This document shows positions 21,701-29,700 of a stretch of DNA of 64,000 bases, in pieces. Positions within the stretch are counted from its first letter, which is position 1, and each line of letters opens with the position of its first letter. This DNA comes from Thermoanaerobaculia bacterium (GTDB lineage Bacteria; Acidobacteriota; Thermoanaerobaculia; Multivoradales; UBA5704): contig JBGAGQ010000008.1 in assembly GCA_044226625.1 (NCBI GenBank), positions 1-64,000 on the forward strand, given 5' to 3'. The notes beneath the pieces were generated by a model that was not told where the DNA came from, searched no databases, and saw only the letters and a program-made list of their open reading frames with translations. The position numbers and the translations under genes were made by a program.

Positions 21701-22488
21701 TTCGAAGCGTGCCCACCGTTCGAAGACAGAATCGCGCCTCGCGCTTGATCGGTCGGCAGCTCGAGCCGAGGCAGTCCCGCGAGCCGTTCCCGCCAGTGCT
21801 CCAGCTGCGCGCGGAGCAGGCCGCGATCGAACAGGTCGCGTTGCCAGCGAGCGTAATCGGAATACTGGACCTTCAATACCGGCAAAGGGCTAGGCTGTCC
21901 GGTCCGAAACCCGCGATAGAGCACCGAGAGCTCGCGCAGGAGGATGCCCCGTGACCAGAGGTCCGATGCGATGTGGTGCATCGCGAGCACCAGGAGGTGG
22001 TCGCCTTCCTTGAGGCGAAAGAGCCTCGGGCGCACGAGAACGTCGCGTGCCAGATCGAAGGGCTGACGCACCGCTTCGGTCGCCCGCGCGAGCGCCGTCG
22101 ACCAACGTTCCGCTTCGGGCACCTCTTCCAGACTGTCGAGCGGAATCGCGATCGGATAAGCGTCGAGGATGCGCTGCCGCGCCGAGCCAAGGACCGGCTC
22201 GATCACGGTGCGCAGAGATTCGTGACGGCGGACGATCTCGGAGAGCGCCGCCGAGAGCGCATCTACGTCGAGGTGTCCCACCAGGCGGGCCGCCGCGGGA
22301 ACGTTGTAAGCGGCGGTACCGGGGTCGAGCTGCTGGAGGAACCACAGCCGCTGTTGCGCAAAGGAAAGGGGCTTCTCGCCGCCTGGCTCACGCCGCAGAA
22401 TGGGAGCGGTATCGGCCTCCACGCCTTCCTCTTCGAGAAGAAGGGCAAGCAGGATCTCCCGCTGGCGGGCATCCAGGGTCTCGGTCAT
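9697..22488 (-). CDS. Four-module NRPS (4263 aa): C-A(Ser)-T-C*-A(Ala-like)-T-C(DCL-like)-A(Dab)-T-C-A(Lys-like)-T
   Basis: Four TSGS(T/S)GxPK A3 motifs; T motifs GGDS, GGDS, GGHS, GGHS; C motifs HHIASDLWS, ENHALWDGWS, HHALLDAWS, HHIVTDGWS. Manual codes DVWHISLVDK (Ser), DLFNIALTYK (Ala variant), DIWEITADDK (Dab type), DTEDIGTIVK (Lys/beta-Lys type). Ends in an acidic tail (EEILLDRLEAEEE); no TE. Confidence 0.96.
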   Translation of the reverse strand: MTETLDARQREILLALLLEEEGVEADTAPILRREPGGEKPLSFAQQRLWFLQQLDPGTAAYNVPAAARLVGHLDVDALSAALSEIVRRHESLRTVIEPVLGSARQRILDAYPIAIPLDSLEEVPEAERWSTALARATEAVRQPFDLARDVLVRPRLFRLKEGDHLLVLAMHHIASDLWSRGILLRELSVLYRGFRTGQPSPLPVLKVQYSDYARWQRDLFDRGLLRAQLEHWRERLAGLPRLELPTDQARGAILSSNGGHASKRLDPELSEALRALARGEGRTLFMTLLAVFASLLERYSGQIDLPIGTPVANRKRTELEPLIGFFLNTLVLRLDATRTQTFRELLASVGAAVTDALAHDDLPFEKLVEELQPERSLAQTPLFQVIFSFGNANPGRLDFAGLEATPVSLEDRTAKVELNVVFGDDALGLSGLFEYNADLFEPATIDRLACHYVVLAKACTDEPEAPLSELAMLDAGERDQIVVGLNRTDRGYPDTADLGSLLRSRAQAIPDVVALVAEDLWVSYGELDRRTNRLARALGSLGVGPDVRVGVCANRSIEMVLALVGVVKAGGAYVPIDPDYPAERREFMLTDSGVRVLLIQEQLRADLMTSARCLALDEAWREIETFSDQPHHPGLELSNLAYVIYTSGSTGRPKGAMVPHGGIANRLLWMQEEYGLGPEDRVLQKTPFSFDVSVWEFFWTLMMGARLVMAKPGGHREPSYLSELIEREGITTLHFVPSMLRAFVDEPGAAAWPSLRRVICSGEALGADLVERWYSRSAAPLHNLYGPTEASVDVTYWACRSGDRRSVPIGLPISNLRIHIVDAYLQLLPFGVPGELLIVGVGLGRGYLERPTLTAERFIPNPFARSEGERAYRTGDLARYRVDGAIEYLGRIDLQVKVRGFRIELGEIESALLEHPKVGEAAVLAVQERAGDARLVAYLVSEETKSFELREFLKARLPEFMLPAAWVFLDRLPLSPNGKLDRKQLPAPGKERPQLEQEIVDPETDAEEILVGVWAQVIGIDRVGVRDNFFALGGDSMRSLQAVVLARERGLDISLQDIFQYQTVAELARRASAATSERPAPSAPFSLIDVSERTRLPSDLEDAYPLSYLQAGMLYHMALKPEDPPYHNVDSWLIEGVFDRATFQRAVDRMVARHPVLRTSFDLASFSESIQLVHQTAALPVVMEDISSLDDADQEAVVDAWIAEEKRRVFGPADLPQLRCKVHLRGARRFELTVTENHALWDGWSLHSSLAELFEDYLADLGGEPRAPEPPLAVTYRDFVALERETIASPECREFWRLQLEGATLSALPSWPTPVPSAGRRIQSHRVVISTELASDLRRVARRAAVPLKSLLLAAHLRVLALASGSADVLAGIVANGRPEVPDGDRLRGLFLNALPFRMVLEPSSWLDLMRRVFDAERRMPPYRRYPLAQIHKDLGVDTLFDLVFNYIQFHVVDRVLDRGDLKVLRFKSREGTSFKIQVVFAPAEEGRHITLSLEHDTTRTGRDQAQVLGGWYQRTLAAMAAWPDSTFDAAPLLSAPELAQVTREWSGTAAVLPSSPSLYEVFATTARRIPEALAVVVGTERVSYAELDRRVAAIASRLADLDLDAEARIGILLSRDVDLVAAILAVLQVGAAYVPIDPKYPRDRNRFMLDDSGAAVLLTDPETADAIGDWHGRRLDVKALSGGPPVRARRIDPAGLAYLIYTSGSTGRPKGVEITHGSATAFIAWAVRSFSPSELSGVLASTSICFDLSIFELFAPLAVGGVVVLADHVLALPDLPARDQVTLVNTVPSAMSELLFKAPLPPSARTVILAGEALPRSLADRVFSAGATRLCNLYGPTEDTTYSTGDDVAVDSADVTIGRAIAGGRTFVFDPWGTPVGVGVAGALHLGGEGLARGYHRRPGLTAERFVPDAWSGRPGARLYATGDLARFRHDGRIEFLGRSDRQVKVRGFRIELGEIESTLVAHPEVAEAAVVVQHAERGPRLIAWLAPRHGGEPARGALWAHLRERLPDYMLPSELGVLAELPKTANGKVDRRALPTSTSAFEAEREIDPPTSPIEARLVELWREVLGHERIGVRDNFFSLGGDSILILRLVSRARRLGLGIEPRELFAAPTIAALASSVVEVRPTSVPAATFEGGSVWRLSPMQESMLVFHLLNPGSGVYFNQEIYSFDEEIDVAALRRAWEMVFARHSILRARFEWERHDEPIQIIEPRVEVPLFVADWRNLEPSEAEVRWNDLLISERRALDLARAPIARLSLVFRGGGRSILAWSWHHALLDAWSVDLLSTEWTSLYAELRAGREPVPEPAPQYREFLAWLDRREPGAGDGFWRSYLAGFEAPTSPALLAPPNPVLEARAGRRGVALSKTETDLLAEACREIGISIHTAVVAAWALALSLWSGDEDVLFGMVSQGRPSDLAEVESIAGLFIATVPLRVRATPFQRLGRWLVDLQRNVGSVREFEHVPLSRVRLASEVAPGRPLFESLVVLQRRSARGRESQELLHGARGLDQADQPLALFAYPGPELALRLSYDTTRVDVIDAGRLLDGLATLLVSFSGRSELPLSSLPKLAPSERHQTLVEWNDTSVAADEAGTLPDLFRAQALRTPQRIAVLHRGRELTYAELNRASDISARVLAARGLGPDSLIAIVAERSADFLVAILGAMKAGAAYLPLDPAHPPLRWTQVLRLAGVRLLVAEAEFEAAALAAVEPLGEAAPPVVQLADVMGGGSSPDVIPLAPLASNLAYVIFTSGSTGLPKGAMLEHRGMVNHLYAKVEDLQLGPEDAIAQTASQCFDISIWQFLAALLVGGRTVILDDETSHEPLRLAHAIRRLGITVAELVPSLLRVVVEGVERGDVEREEFLGLRWIIPTGEALPPDLARRWFALFPSVPLVNAYGPTECSDDVSHFHLVCAPAEDAESISIGRTLREMALVTVGRDFEPTPIGVPGELCVAGAGVGRGYLNDPGRTAEAFVPDPFTRRPGARMYRTGDLARRQPCGDLDFLGRIDHQVKLRGHRIELGEIESVLSRHPAVSEAAVLIRALATGDLHLVAYLVTFETETFPSLGEIETYLAERLPAYMVPSRFVTLQAMPLTRNGKLDRNALPMPDVVSDQPSREPLAPRNGIEEILAGIWCEVLGLERVGIDQDFFELGGHSLRMIQITSRVRRAFGVEVSLTQLFELPTVGGLAAVVGAARAASENRVPVPRIERASRDLPLPLSFSQARQWFLDQLEPGNPAYNLPASIGLPGRVNAAAISAALSEVLRRHEVLRTRFASHGGEPHQEILAAAPLPLSVVDCGGLSGDMAYAAARVAAMREQSLPFDLAQGPLLRAWLVLGPTESRLFLTLHHIVTDGWSMTLLIRELSILYQAALACVAPSLAPLPVQYADFAAWQRSWLEGPALEDLLDYWRGRLAGAPPVLDLPLDRPRPPIQTHRGARRRLGLGPELLAAVRGHGQREGMTQFMVLLGAWVALLFRHTHDEDISVGTYTAGRGLPEIEGLIGFFVNTLVLRMKPSGAIGFGRFLEQVREVTLGAFAHEDLPFEKLLEEIRPERSLAHTPLFQVMLEFQNTGGAGSGPRPVVEGDDSFQVGRAHFDLTLWFLQIGDQLVASLGWNRDLFDDSTAERWGSRFAVLLAGALAAPGQRLSELPLLGAEERAELLGQRSGGPPSAYFDALSRFEAEARRRPRAPALRSHGIELSYGDLDRAADLLATRLVRAGVRAENLVAVSSARSPELIAALLGIWKAGAAYLPIDPTYPIERKRAMLEDAGVAWIVASSSAPTIHSSKQRMFLLDDLLSLGVVEDEGAEAPVWTAPETLAYAIYTSGSSGRPKSVGVSRSALGAYVASAIERFGLTDDDRVLQFASISFDTAAEEIFPALASGAALVLRDDEMLNSPAVFLRRCGELGVTVLDLPTVYWGEIAAVLAAGETLLPETLRLVIIGGERATLDRLQLWQQGAGTKVRLVNTYGPTEATIVATEIDLTGETGPFPWGPPIGRPIRGITVDVVAPGGGPVPVGVPGELAIGGVGLARGYLDRPDVTAERFVPDALGTTPGGRLYRTGDLARIRPDGALEFLGRIDRQVKVRGFRIELGEIEAALRGLAGVTDAVVTVVPGGSGDLRLAAYLVAADRPSASELRRSLAENLPEHMLPASFDFLAALPITANGKVNWRALPAPNVERPTLDASFSEPATEMEQLLASIWSDVLGLARVGVRDNFFELGGHSLLATQVLARIRERLDVELSLVSFFEAPTVEVQAVAVEEILLDRLEAEEE

Positions 22489-25400
22489 GTCCCACCTCGT
22501 GAGACCGCGTTGGAGTGCTCTTCGAGCATCGCCAGCGCGTCGGCGCTCGATAGCTCCCGTAACCGCTTTAACGCCCGGGCGATGCGGGCCATCTCACCCG
22601 GACGCTCCTCCAACTCCTGCATCGCGGCGCTGAGCCGATCCACGGTCGGCGCCTGAAAGAGGAGGACCAAAGGCAACTGGGTCCGAAATGCCTCCTGAAG
22701 CCGCGACATGATCTGCATCGCGAGCAGCGAATGGCCGCCGAGGCTGAAGAAATCGTCCTCCACTCCGACGCGATCGAGCTTGAGCACCTCCGCCCAGATC
22801 GACGCCACCTCGGCCTCCAGGGGACTGCGCGGCTCGACGAAGCCGCGATCTTCGGCGGCGGCTCCGAAATTGGGCGCGGGCAGCGCCTGCCGGTCGATCT
22901 TGCCACTTGGCGTTCGCGGTAGGGAGGGCAGCAATGCCAGGGCGGACGGAACCATGAAGTCCGGCAGCCGCGAGGCCAAGAACTCGCGCAATTCGGCCAG
23001 CTTCGGCATCGCGCCTTCCGCGCTGGCGACCACGTAGGCGGCCAGCGACCGATCGCCGCGTGGATCCGGCGCGGAGGTGACCACCGCCATCTTCACGCCC
23101 TCGTGAGCGAGCAACACGTGCTCGATTTCTCCCAGCTCGATACGGAAACCGCGGATCTTCACTTGCTCGTCCTTACGCCCGAGGAACTCCAGGTCGCCGC
23201 CGGCAACTCGGCGCGCGAGGTCTCCGGTGCGGTAGATCCGCTCCCCGGTGCTCGTCGCGTGCGGATTCGGTACGAACCCGGCCGCCGTCGCCGCGGGCCG
23301 GCCGACATACCCTCGTGCCAGGCCAATGCCTCCGATCACGATTTCCCCCGGCACTCCAAGCGGTACCGGTTCGAAAGCCGAATTGACGACCAGGACCTCG
23401 GCTCCGGCCGCCGGCCGGCCGATCGATACCGTCGGTCGCCGATCATGCGGATCGAGCCCGCATGCGGTGGCCGTAATCGTCGTCTCGGTCGGGCCGTAGT
23501 GATTGTGAAGGCTCGCCGGAAGGAGGTCGAAAAAGCGATTCCGCAGGAACAGCGGCAGCGCTTCGCCTCCTGACAGCACACGACGTAACGAACGGAAGTT
23601 GCCTACGTCCGGTTGGTCGAGAAACAGCGCCAGCATGGAGGGCACGAAGTTGGCGACCACCACCTCTCGCCTCGCGATCAGGGACGCGAGATACGCGCTG
23701 TCGCGATGTCCGCCGGGGGCGGCGATCACCATCGTCGCGCCGTAGGACAACGGCCAGAAGATTTCCCGCACCGCCACATCGAAGGAGAGCGGAGTCTTGA
23801 GCAGGTGGTGCTCGCCGGGGGTAACGGGATAGACCGAACCCAGCCAGCGGAGGTATTGGTCCAACGCGGCGTGGCTGATCATCACGCCCTTGGGGCGACC
23901 CGTGGAGCCGGAGGTAAAAAGCACGTACGCCAAGTTGCTGAGGTCAAGGTCGACGCCCGGCGCTTCCGCGCTGTTCGCCGCGATCGCTTCCCGCTGTTCG
24001 TCGATCGCAAAGGCCCTCACCCCTGGACCGAGCGGGAGGCTGTCCAGATGCTTGGAATCGCCGATGACCAGCTTCGCCTCGGACGCTTCCAGGAGGTATT
24101 CGAGCCGCTGTGGTGGATAGTCCGGATCGAGCGGCACGAAAGCGCCCCCAGCCTTGAGGGTGGCGAGCACGGCAACGATCAGCGCGCTCGAACGCTCGAG
24201 CAAAATGCCCACCGGCACTTCGGCGCGAACCCCGAGATCAAGCAGAGAGCGGGCGAGGCGGTTGGCTTCTCGATCGAGCGTCTCGTAGCTCATTTCGCCG
24301 CCGTCCCAGAGCAACGCGGTCAACTGCCCGTGCTCTCGCGCCCAATGCTCGAACCTGCGATGGGCCGGCATCGGCTCGCCCGGAGGGAGCTCGCCGTTCG
24401 CCAATTCGGTCAGCAAGGAAAGGCGTTCGACGGCATCGAACATCCCGAGCAATCCGACCTCTCGTTCCGGGTCTTCGACAGCGCTCGCCAGGAGGTGGAC
24501 GAATCGACTCGAGATCGTCCGCGCCAAGCTCTCCTCCACCTCCGCCGGATCGAAACGGATCTCCATCGCAAGACCTTGCGCGGACTCGGTCGCGACCAGC
24601 GTAACCGCCGCTCGATCCGTCGTGGCGGAGCGCTCTTGGAGGGTGAAGCGAGTGCCCTCGAAGAGGATCGGCTCCGGCAGGATCGAGGCTTCGAATGCGA
24701 ACCGAAAGCGTGGTGCGTCCTCTTCTCGCCCGCCCCACGAAAAATAGGCCTGCCGGCGCCGCACGTCGTTCACCTCCTCGGCGAGCGAGCCGAGCCGAGA
24801 CCGAAACGTGATCCGGTCGTCGACCTCGAAGACCAGCGGCAGGTGCCTCGCGAGCAGACCGAGAGCCTCCCGGACCTCGGCGTAACGTCGACCGTCGCAC
24901 ACCAGCGCGACCGCGAGAGCGGGATGATCGCCGGAACGCGCGAGAACCGCTTGCCAGGCGGCGAGGAGGACCACGTCGAGATCGACCCCTTCGCTTTGCG
25001 CCAGCGCGCGCGCGGAAGCGTAGGTCGAATTCGGGGTGGCGATCGGCAGCGTCCGCTTTTCGAATCGGCCCAAGCTCGGCTTCATCCCCGGAAGGGCGCG
25101 GGCCGAAATCTCGGCGTAGTCGACTTGCGACCAGCCGTCGCGCCCCGCCTGCCCCTCTTCGCCCTCGAGCAACTCGTTCTGCCACTCCGCGAGATCCGGA
25201 TACTGCATCGGCGGCTCGGCGTCGTCGGCTGTCGGCTCGGCAACGTACGCTCGGACCAACTCCCGGAAAAGGTTGTCTAAACCGGCCAGATCCATGCAGA
25301 GGGAGGAGAGCTCCAAGACGAGCTCATGCCGATTCCCGCCCCGAGGCACGAGCAGGCAGCGAAGCGGCAAACCGGCTCCGATCTCCTGCGGCAGCCATTC

Positions 25401-25676
25401 CGCGGGCTCGATCCCTTCTTCGATCGTGGGTCCGACAGGTTCCGCGATCACCTGCACCGGCATGGAAACTCCGGGAAGGAGTCTGAACTCGGTCCGCAGG
25501 ACCTCGAACTTCTCGACGAGCTCCCCCAGAGCTCGGGAGACTCGCGGCCGGTCGAACGGACCGTCGATTGCGACCACCATCCGCGCGCGAAACGCGTTGC
25601 CTCCATCCGAGCACATCCGACGCCACAACCGACGCTGTTGCGGCGAGAGCCGAAAACCTTCATGCAACTCGATCAC
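22485..25676 (-). CDS. NRPS module with an N-terminal inactive C-like interface domain: I-A(unknown, acidic-like)-T plus docking helix (1063 aa)
   Basis: Starts GFRLSPQQRRLW; HHxxxDG is replaced by LSSLCMDLAG (~25281-25310); FTSGSTGRPKG; GGHSL; code DVRNLGHITK. GTG start with GAGG upstream. Confidence 0.92.
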   Translation of the reverse strand: MIELHEGFRLSPQQRRLWRRMCSDGGNAFRARMVVAIDGPFDRPRVSRALGELVEKFEVLRTEFRLLPGVSMPVQVIAEPVGPTIEEGIEPAEWLPQEIGAGLPLRCLLVPRGGNRHELVLELSSLCMDLAGLDNLFRELVRAYVAEPTADDAEPPMQYPDLAEWQNELLEGEEGQAGRDGWSQVDYAEISARALPGMKPSLGRFEKRTLPIATPNSTYASARALAQSEGVDLDVVLLAAWQAVLARSGDHPALAVALVCDGRRYAEVREALGLLARHLPLVFEVDDRITFRSRLGSLAEEVNDVRRRQAYFSWGGREEDAPRFRFAFEASILPEPILFEGTRFTLQERSATTDRAAVTLVATESAQGLAMEIRFDPAEVEESLARTISSRFVHLLASAVEDPEREVGLLGMFDAVERLSLLTELANGELPPGEPMPAHRRFEHWAREHGQLTALLWDGGEMSYETLDREANRLARSLLDLGVRAEVPVGILLERSSALIVAVLATLKAGGAFVPLDPDYPPQRLEYLLEASEAKLVIGDSKHLDSLPLGPGVRAFAIDEQREAIAANSAEAPGVDLDLSNLAYVLFTSGSTGRPKGVMISHAALDQYLRWLGSVYPVTPGEHHLLKTPLSFDVAVREIFWPLSYGATMVIAAPGGHRDSAYLASLIARREVVVANFVPSMLALFLDQPDVGNFRSLRRVLSGGEALPLFLRNRFFDLLPASLHNHYGPTETTITATACGLDPHDRRPTVSIGRPAAGAEVLVVNSAFEPVPLGVPGEIVIGGIGLARGYVGRPAATAAGFVPNPHATSTGERIYRTGDLARRVAGGDLEFLGRKDEQVKIRGFRIELGEIEHVLLAHEGVKMAVVTSAPDPRGDRSLAAYVVASAEGAMPKLAELREFLASRLPDFMVPSALALLPSLPRTPSGKIDRQALPAPNFGAAAEDRGFVEPRSPLEAEVASIWAEVLKLDRVGVEDDFFSLGGHSLLAMQIMSRLQEAFRTQLPLVLLFQAPTVDRLSAAMQELEERPGEMARIARALKRLRELSSADALAMLEEHSNAVSRGGT

Positions 25677-25691
25677 GTCTTGGTACCTCGC

Positions 25692-26741
25692 TCAAAGGTC
25701 GGAGAGGCCCACGGCCTCAGCCATCGCGACGACGACTTTTCTCTCGCCTCGGTACGGCCAACGGCCGTGGCACGCGAGCATGTTGTCGAGCATCAGGAGA
25801 TCGCCCGCCTGCCACGTGAAGGTCACTGTCTCGGCGCGGAACGCCTCCCTCACCTCCTCGAGCATCGCCAAGTCGATCGGCGAGCCGTCGGCATGAAACA
25901 CGTGCTTCGGCAGGTCTTCCTCCCGGTATTGGGAGAGCAACGCTCGCTGCGCTTCCGGAGGCAGGGTCGTGACATGCGAGGAGATCGCGGCGTTGAACCA
26001 GACCCACTCGCCTGTCCGAGGGTGGCGAGCCACCGCGGGCCGCACCGATCGGGTGCGCAATCGGTCTCCCCCCTTCCATTCGATCTCGACCGCGTTGGCC
26101 CGACAGAACTCCTCCATCCGGCCGCGGTCGTCGGTCTGGAACGAGGTCTGCCAGGAGATTCCGAAACCGTCGCCCATGTTGCGTACGTAGCAGAGTCCTC
26201 TCTCAGCGAACGTTCGACGGGTCGGCTCGCTCAGGCGGCCGAGAACCCGGCGACCGTCGGCGATGGGGGTTTCGCCTCCTTCGCGAGACGGTTGAAGGCA
26301 GAGAAAAAAGATCTTGAGCGGCCAGTTCGCCGCATAGGAGGCCTCGTTGTGAAACTCGATCGACTGCTCGGGCGGATATTCGGTCGAAGAATAGACCTTG
26401 GCTTCCAAAGCCCGTCGCGGCTGGACCCGGTCGATGTACTCGAGGAGGTCGCCGTAAAGGCCCCGCACGACCTCTTGCAGCCTTTCTACCGAGCGCAGCC
26501 CGAAGCCTCGGAAGAGGATGCCTCCATGATGGGCAATCTTCTCCTCGATGAGGGATTTGTTCGCGCCGCACCAGGCGACGAGGTCCACACCCTCGACCGT
26601 CGGCTCGACCAGCAGAGGCAACGGGGACGGAGAGTCCGGAAACATCGGTCGCATTTTGACCAGTGCCTCTCCGGAGACGCTCACGGCTCGACGGCGGCCG
26701 ATCTTCAACGGCGGTTCGATGTTCTCATCTCGGTGGTTCAC
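25692..26741 (-). CDS. TauD/TfdA-family Fe(II)/2-oxoglutarate dioxygenase, SyrP-like NRPS beta-hydroxylase (349 aa)
   Basis: HGGILFRGF, FHNEASY (HxE) and LDNMLACHGRWPY motifs. The real start is probably GTG at 26741 (GTGA overlap with the upstream stop, AAGGAGG 5 nt upstream) rather than 27017 as in the track. Confidence 0.93.
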   Translation of the reverse strand: MNHRDENIEPPLKIGRRRAVSVSGEALVKMRPMFPDSPSPLPLLVEPTVEGVDLVAWCGANKSLIEEKIAHHGGILFRGFGLRSVERLQEVVRGLYGDLLEYIDRVQPRRALEAKVYSSTEYPPEQSIEFHNEASYAANWPLKIFFLCLQPSREGGETPIADGRRVLGRLSEPTRRTFAERGLCYVRNMGDGFGISWQTSFQTDDRGRMEEFCRANAVEIEWKGGDRLRTRSVRPAVARHPRTGEWVWFNAAISSHVTTLPPEAQRALLSQYREEDLPKHVFHADGSPIDLAMLEEVREAFRAETVTFTWQAGDLLMLDNMLACHGRWPYRGERKVVVAMAEAVGLSDL

Positions 26742-29700
26742 GAATCCCTCCTTCCGCTGCGAACGGCTGTCGCACTTCTTCTCCCGATCTTGAGTCTCTC
26801 GATTCCGGCGCGCTCGAGGTCCGCCTCGCGTAGCTCGCGCTCTCGACGCTGAGCGGCCCCGACCTCTCCCTTGATTTCCGCTACGGGTGTATCCGGACGT
26901 TCTGCGACCAGCGCCAAGATCCGTCCGAAGCGATCGAGCCAACGGGCGGTGGTCGCCGGTCGCAGCAGGTCGGAGCAATAGCGGAACACCGCGGAGAGGC
27001 CGGTCGAGGTCTCCCACATCACCAGCGCCAGATCGAGGATCGTCGTGTCGACTTCGAGGGCGATCGGCTGGATCCGCACCTCGCCGATCTCAAGTCCCTC
27101 CGTCGGCGCGTTCTCGTAGGTGAAAATGACTTGGAACAGCGGGTTGCGCGCCGCGTCTCGTCCCGGGCGCAGAGCTTCGACCAATTTGCCAAAAGGAACG
27201 TCCTGATTGGCGTAGCCGCCGAGCGCCTCGTTCCTCACGCGACCGAGCAGCTGTCGAAACGTCAGCTCCCCCGAGACCTTGGCGCGCAGCGGCAGGACAT
27301 TGACGAAGAATCCGACGAGCCCTTCGACTCCTTCCCGATTCCGATTGGCGATCGAGGTACCGACCACGAAGTCGGAAGCTCCCGCGAGGTCCCAGAGGAG
27401 CAGCTCGAAAGCTCCGAGGAGGACCATGTAAAGCGTGCTTCCCTCGCGGGCCGCGATCCGGCGCAGCGACGAAGTCAGCTCCAAGTCGTAGGAACGCGAG
27501 ACCGTCGCTCCGCGAAAGCTCTGCACGGGAGCCCGCGGAAGGTCGAAAGGCAGCGCCAACGCCGAGGGCGCTCCCGCCAGATGCCCGCGCCAGTAGGCGA
27601 TCTGTTGTTCGAGCGAACCTCCGGCGAGGAACGCGCGCTGCCAAACCGCGAAGTCGGCGTACTGGATCGGCAGCTCGCGCAACCTCGGCGGCCGACCGGC
27701 GCGATGCGCGGTATAGAGCTCTGCGAGCTCGCGCATCAGTATTCCGTTGGACCAGGCATCGGTTACCGCGTGGTGGCTCGAGACCAGAAGCGCGAGGTCA
27801 CCCGGACCGAGAGCGACGAGAGCGGCGCGAAACAACGGTCCCGCCTCGAGGACGAAGGGTCCGCGGGTCACCCGCCGGGCAACCTCGAGGAGGGTGCCGT
27901 CGCGTTTTTCGATCGGCAGCGCGGAGAGATCGAAACGGGACACGGGCAGCGTTGACGGAGGCGCGATCCTTTGCACCGCCTCGCCGCGCACGCGCGGGAA
28001 AAACGTACGAAGGCTCTCGTGCCGGCGCCAGAGCCCATCCAGTGCGAACCTCAGGGCGGCGAGGTCGACCTCACCATCGAAGCGTAGTGCGGAGCCCAGG
28101 TTGTAGGCATGGCTCCCGGGCTGGAGCCGATCAAGGAAAACCAAGCGCTCCTGGGCGAAGGAAAGGGGTAGGTCGCCGCCGCGGGACGCTCGATCGATCG
28201 AGGGCTCTGCGCTCCGCGCTCCCGCCCCTTCGAGCTCGATCGCGCGCGCCAGGTCCTTTACGACGGGAGCCTCGAAGAGCGTCCTCATCGGCAACTCGAT
28301 GCCGAACGCGGTCCGCAGCCGCGACAACGCCTGGGTCGCGAGCAGCGAATGCCCGCCGAGCTCGAAGAAGTCGTCGTCCCGGCCGATCGGCTCGAGGCCC
28401 AGCACGCTTCGCCAGATGCCGGCGACGATCTCTTCGATTGGCGAAACGAAGGAGGAGGCCTGGGTCGCCCTCGCCGTCTGCACGATTGCGGGTAGCCCCG
28501 CGCGATCGATCTTGCCGTTGGCCAATCTGGGCAGCTCGCCGAGCGCCATGAACGCACTCGGCACCATAGGCTCTGGAAGCGTCCCGGCCAACGCGGTCCG
28601 CAACGCCGCGGGGTCGAGTTCTCGTTCGCCCGGCACGTAGTAGGCGACCAGCCGATCGATGCCTTCCGCGTCGGCCCGCACCACGACCACCGCATCGGAC
28701 ACCCCCGTCCGACGCAGAGCCGTTTCGATCTCGCCAGGTTCGATTCGAACGCCGCGGACCTTCACCTGCTGATCGCTTCGACCGAGGTATTCGAAGCGCC
28801 CGTCGGCGCGGAGTCGCGCGAGGTCTCCCGTCAGGTACAACCTCGACCCGACGCCGAAAGGGCTTGGTACGAAGCGGCCCGCCGTCAGGTCGGGGCGGCC
28901 CAAATAGCCGCGAGCGAGGCCCGCGCCCCCAACCGCAAGCTCGCCGATCGCCCCTGCGGGCATGAGATCGAAGCCGCGCCCTAGGACATAGAGCTGCGCT
29001 CTCGCTATCGCCCGGCCGATCGGCACGATCGCTGTCTCCAGGGGTCCATCAACCCTTTGCGACGAAGCGTCGATCGACACCTCGGTCGGACCATAGAGGT
29101 TGACCAGCTCCACACGGGTCGGCAGCCCACGAACCCGCTCTGCGAGATCGGCGCTCAGCGCTTCGCCGCCGCAGTAGAGGCGCCGAAGGGACAGAGTCGC
29201 GGGAGACTGCAATGCGTCGAGGAACGGCCCGAGGACCGAGGGAACCAGCTGGAGCACCGTGACGTCGAGCTCCTGAATCGCCTTCGCGAGGTAGGCCGGA
29301 TCGCGATGTCCTTCGGGTTCGGCCATAACGACGGTCGCGCCCGAGATCAGCGGGCAGAAGATCTCCCAGATCGATGCATCAAAGGTCACGGCAGTCTTTT
29401 GCAGCACCCGGTCGAACGCGTGGAGGGGATACTCCCGCTGCATCCAGAGCAGGCGGTTGAGGATCGCCGCATGGGAGACCGCGACACCCTTCGGCCGGCC
29501 CGTGGAGCCCGAGGTGTAAATCACATACGCGAGCCCGTCGGGACCCGGCGTCGTTTCGGGCTCGGGCGTCGCCTCCGAAAGAAGCGACTCGATCTCGACC
29601 TCCTCGACCCCGTCGATCCCAGGCAGTCGAGGATCCCGTCGGGATCGGATCGCAAGACGCGCCCCGGCGTCTGAGAGCAACTCGGCGCGACGGACGGCTG

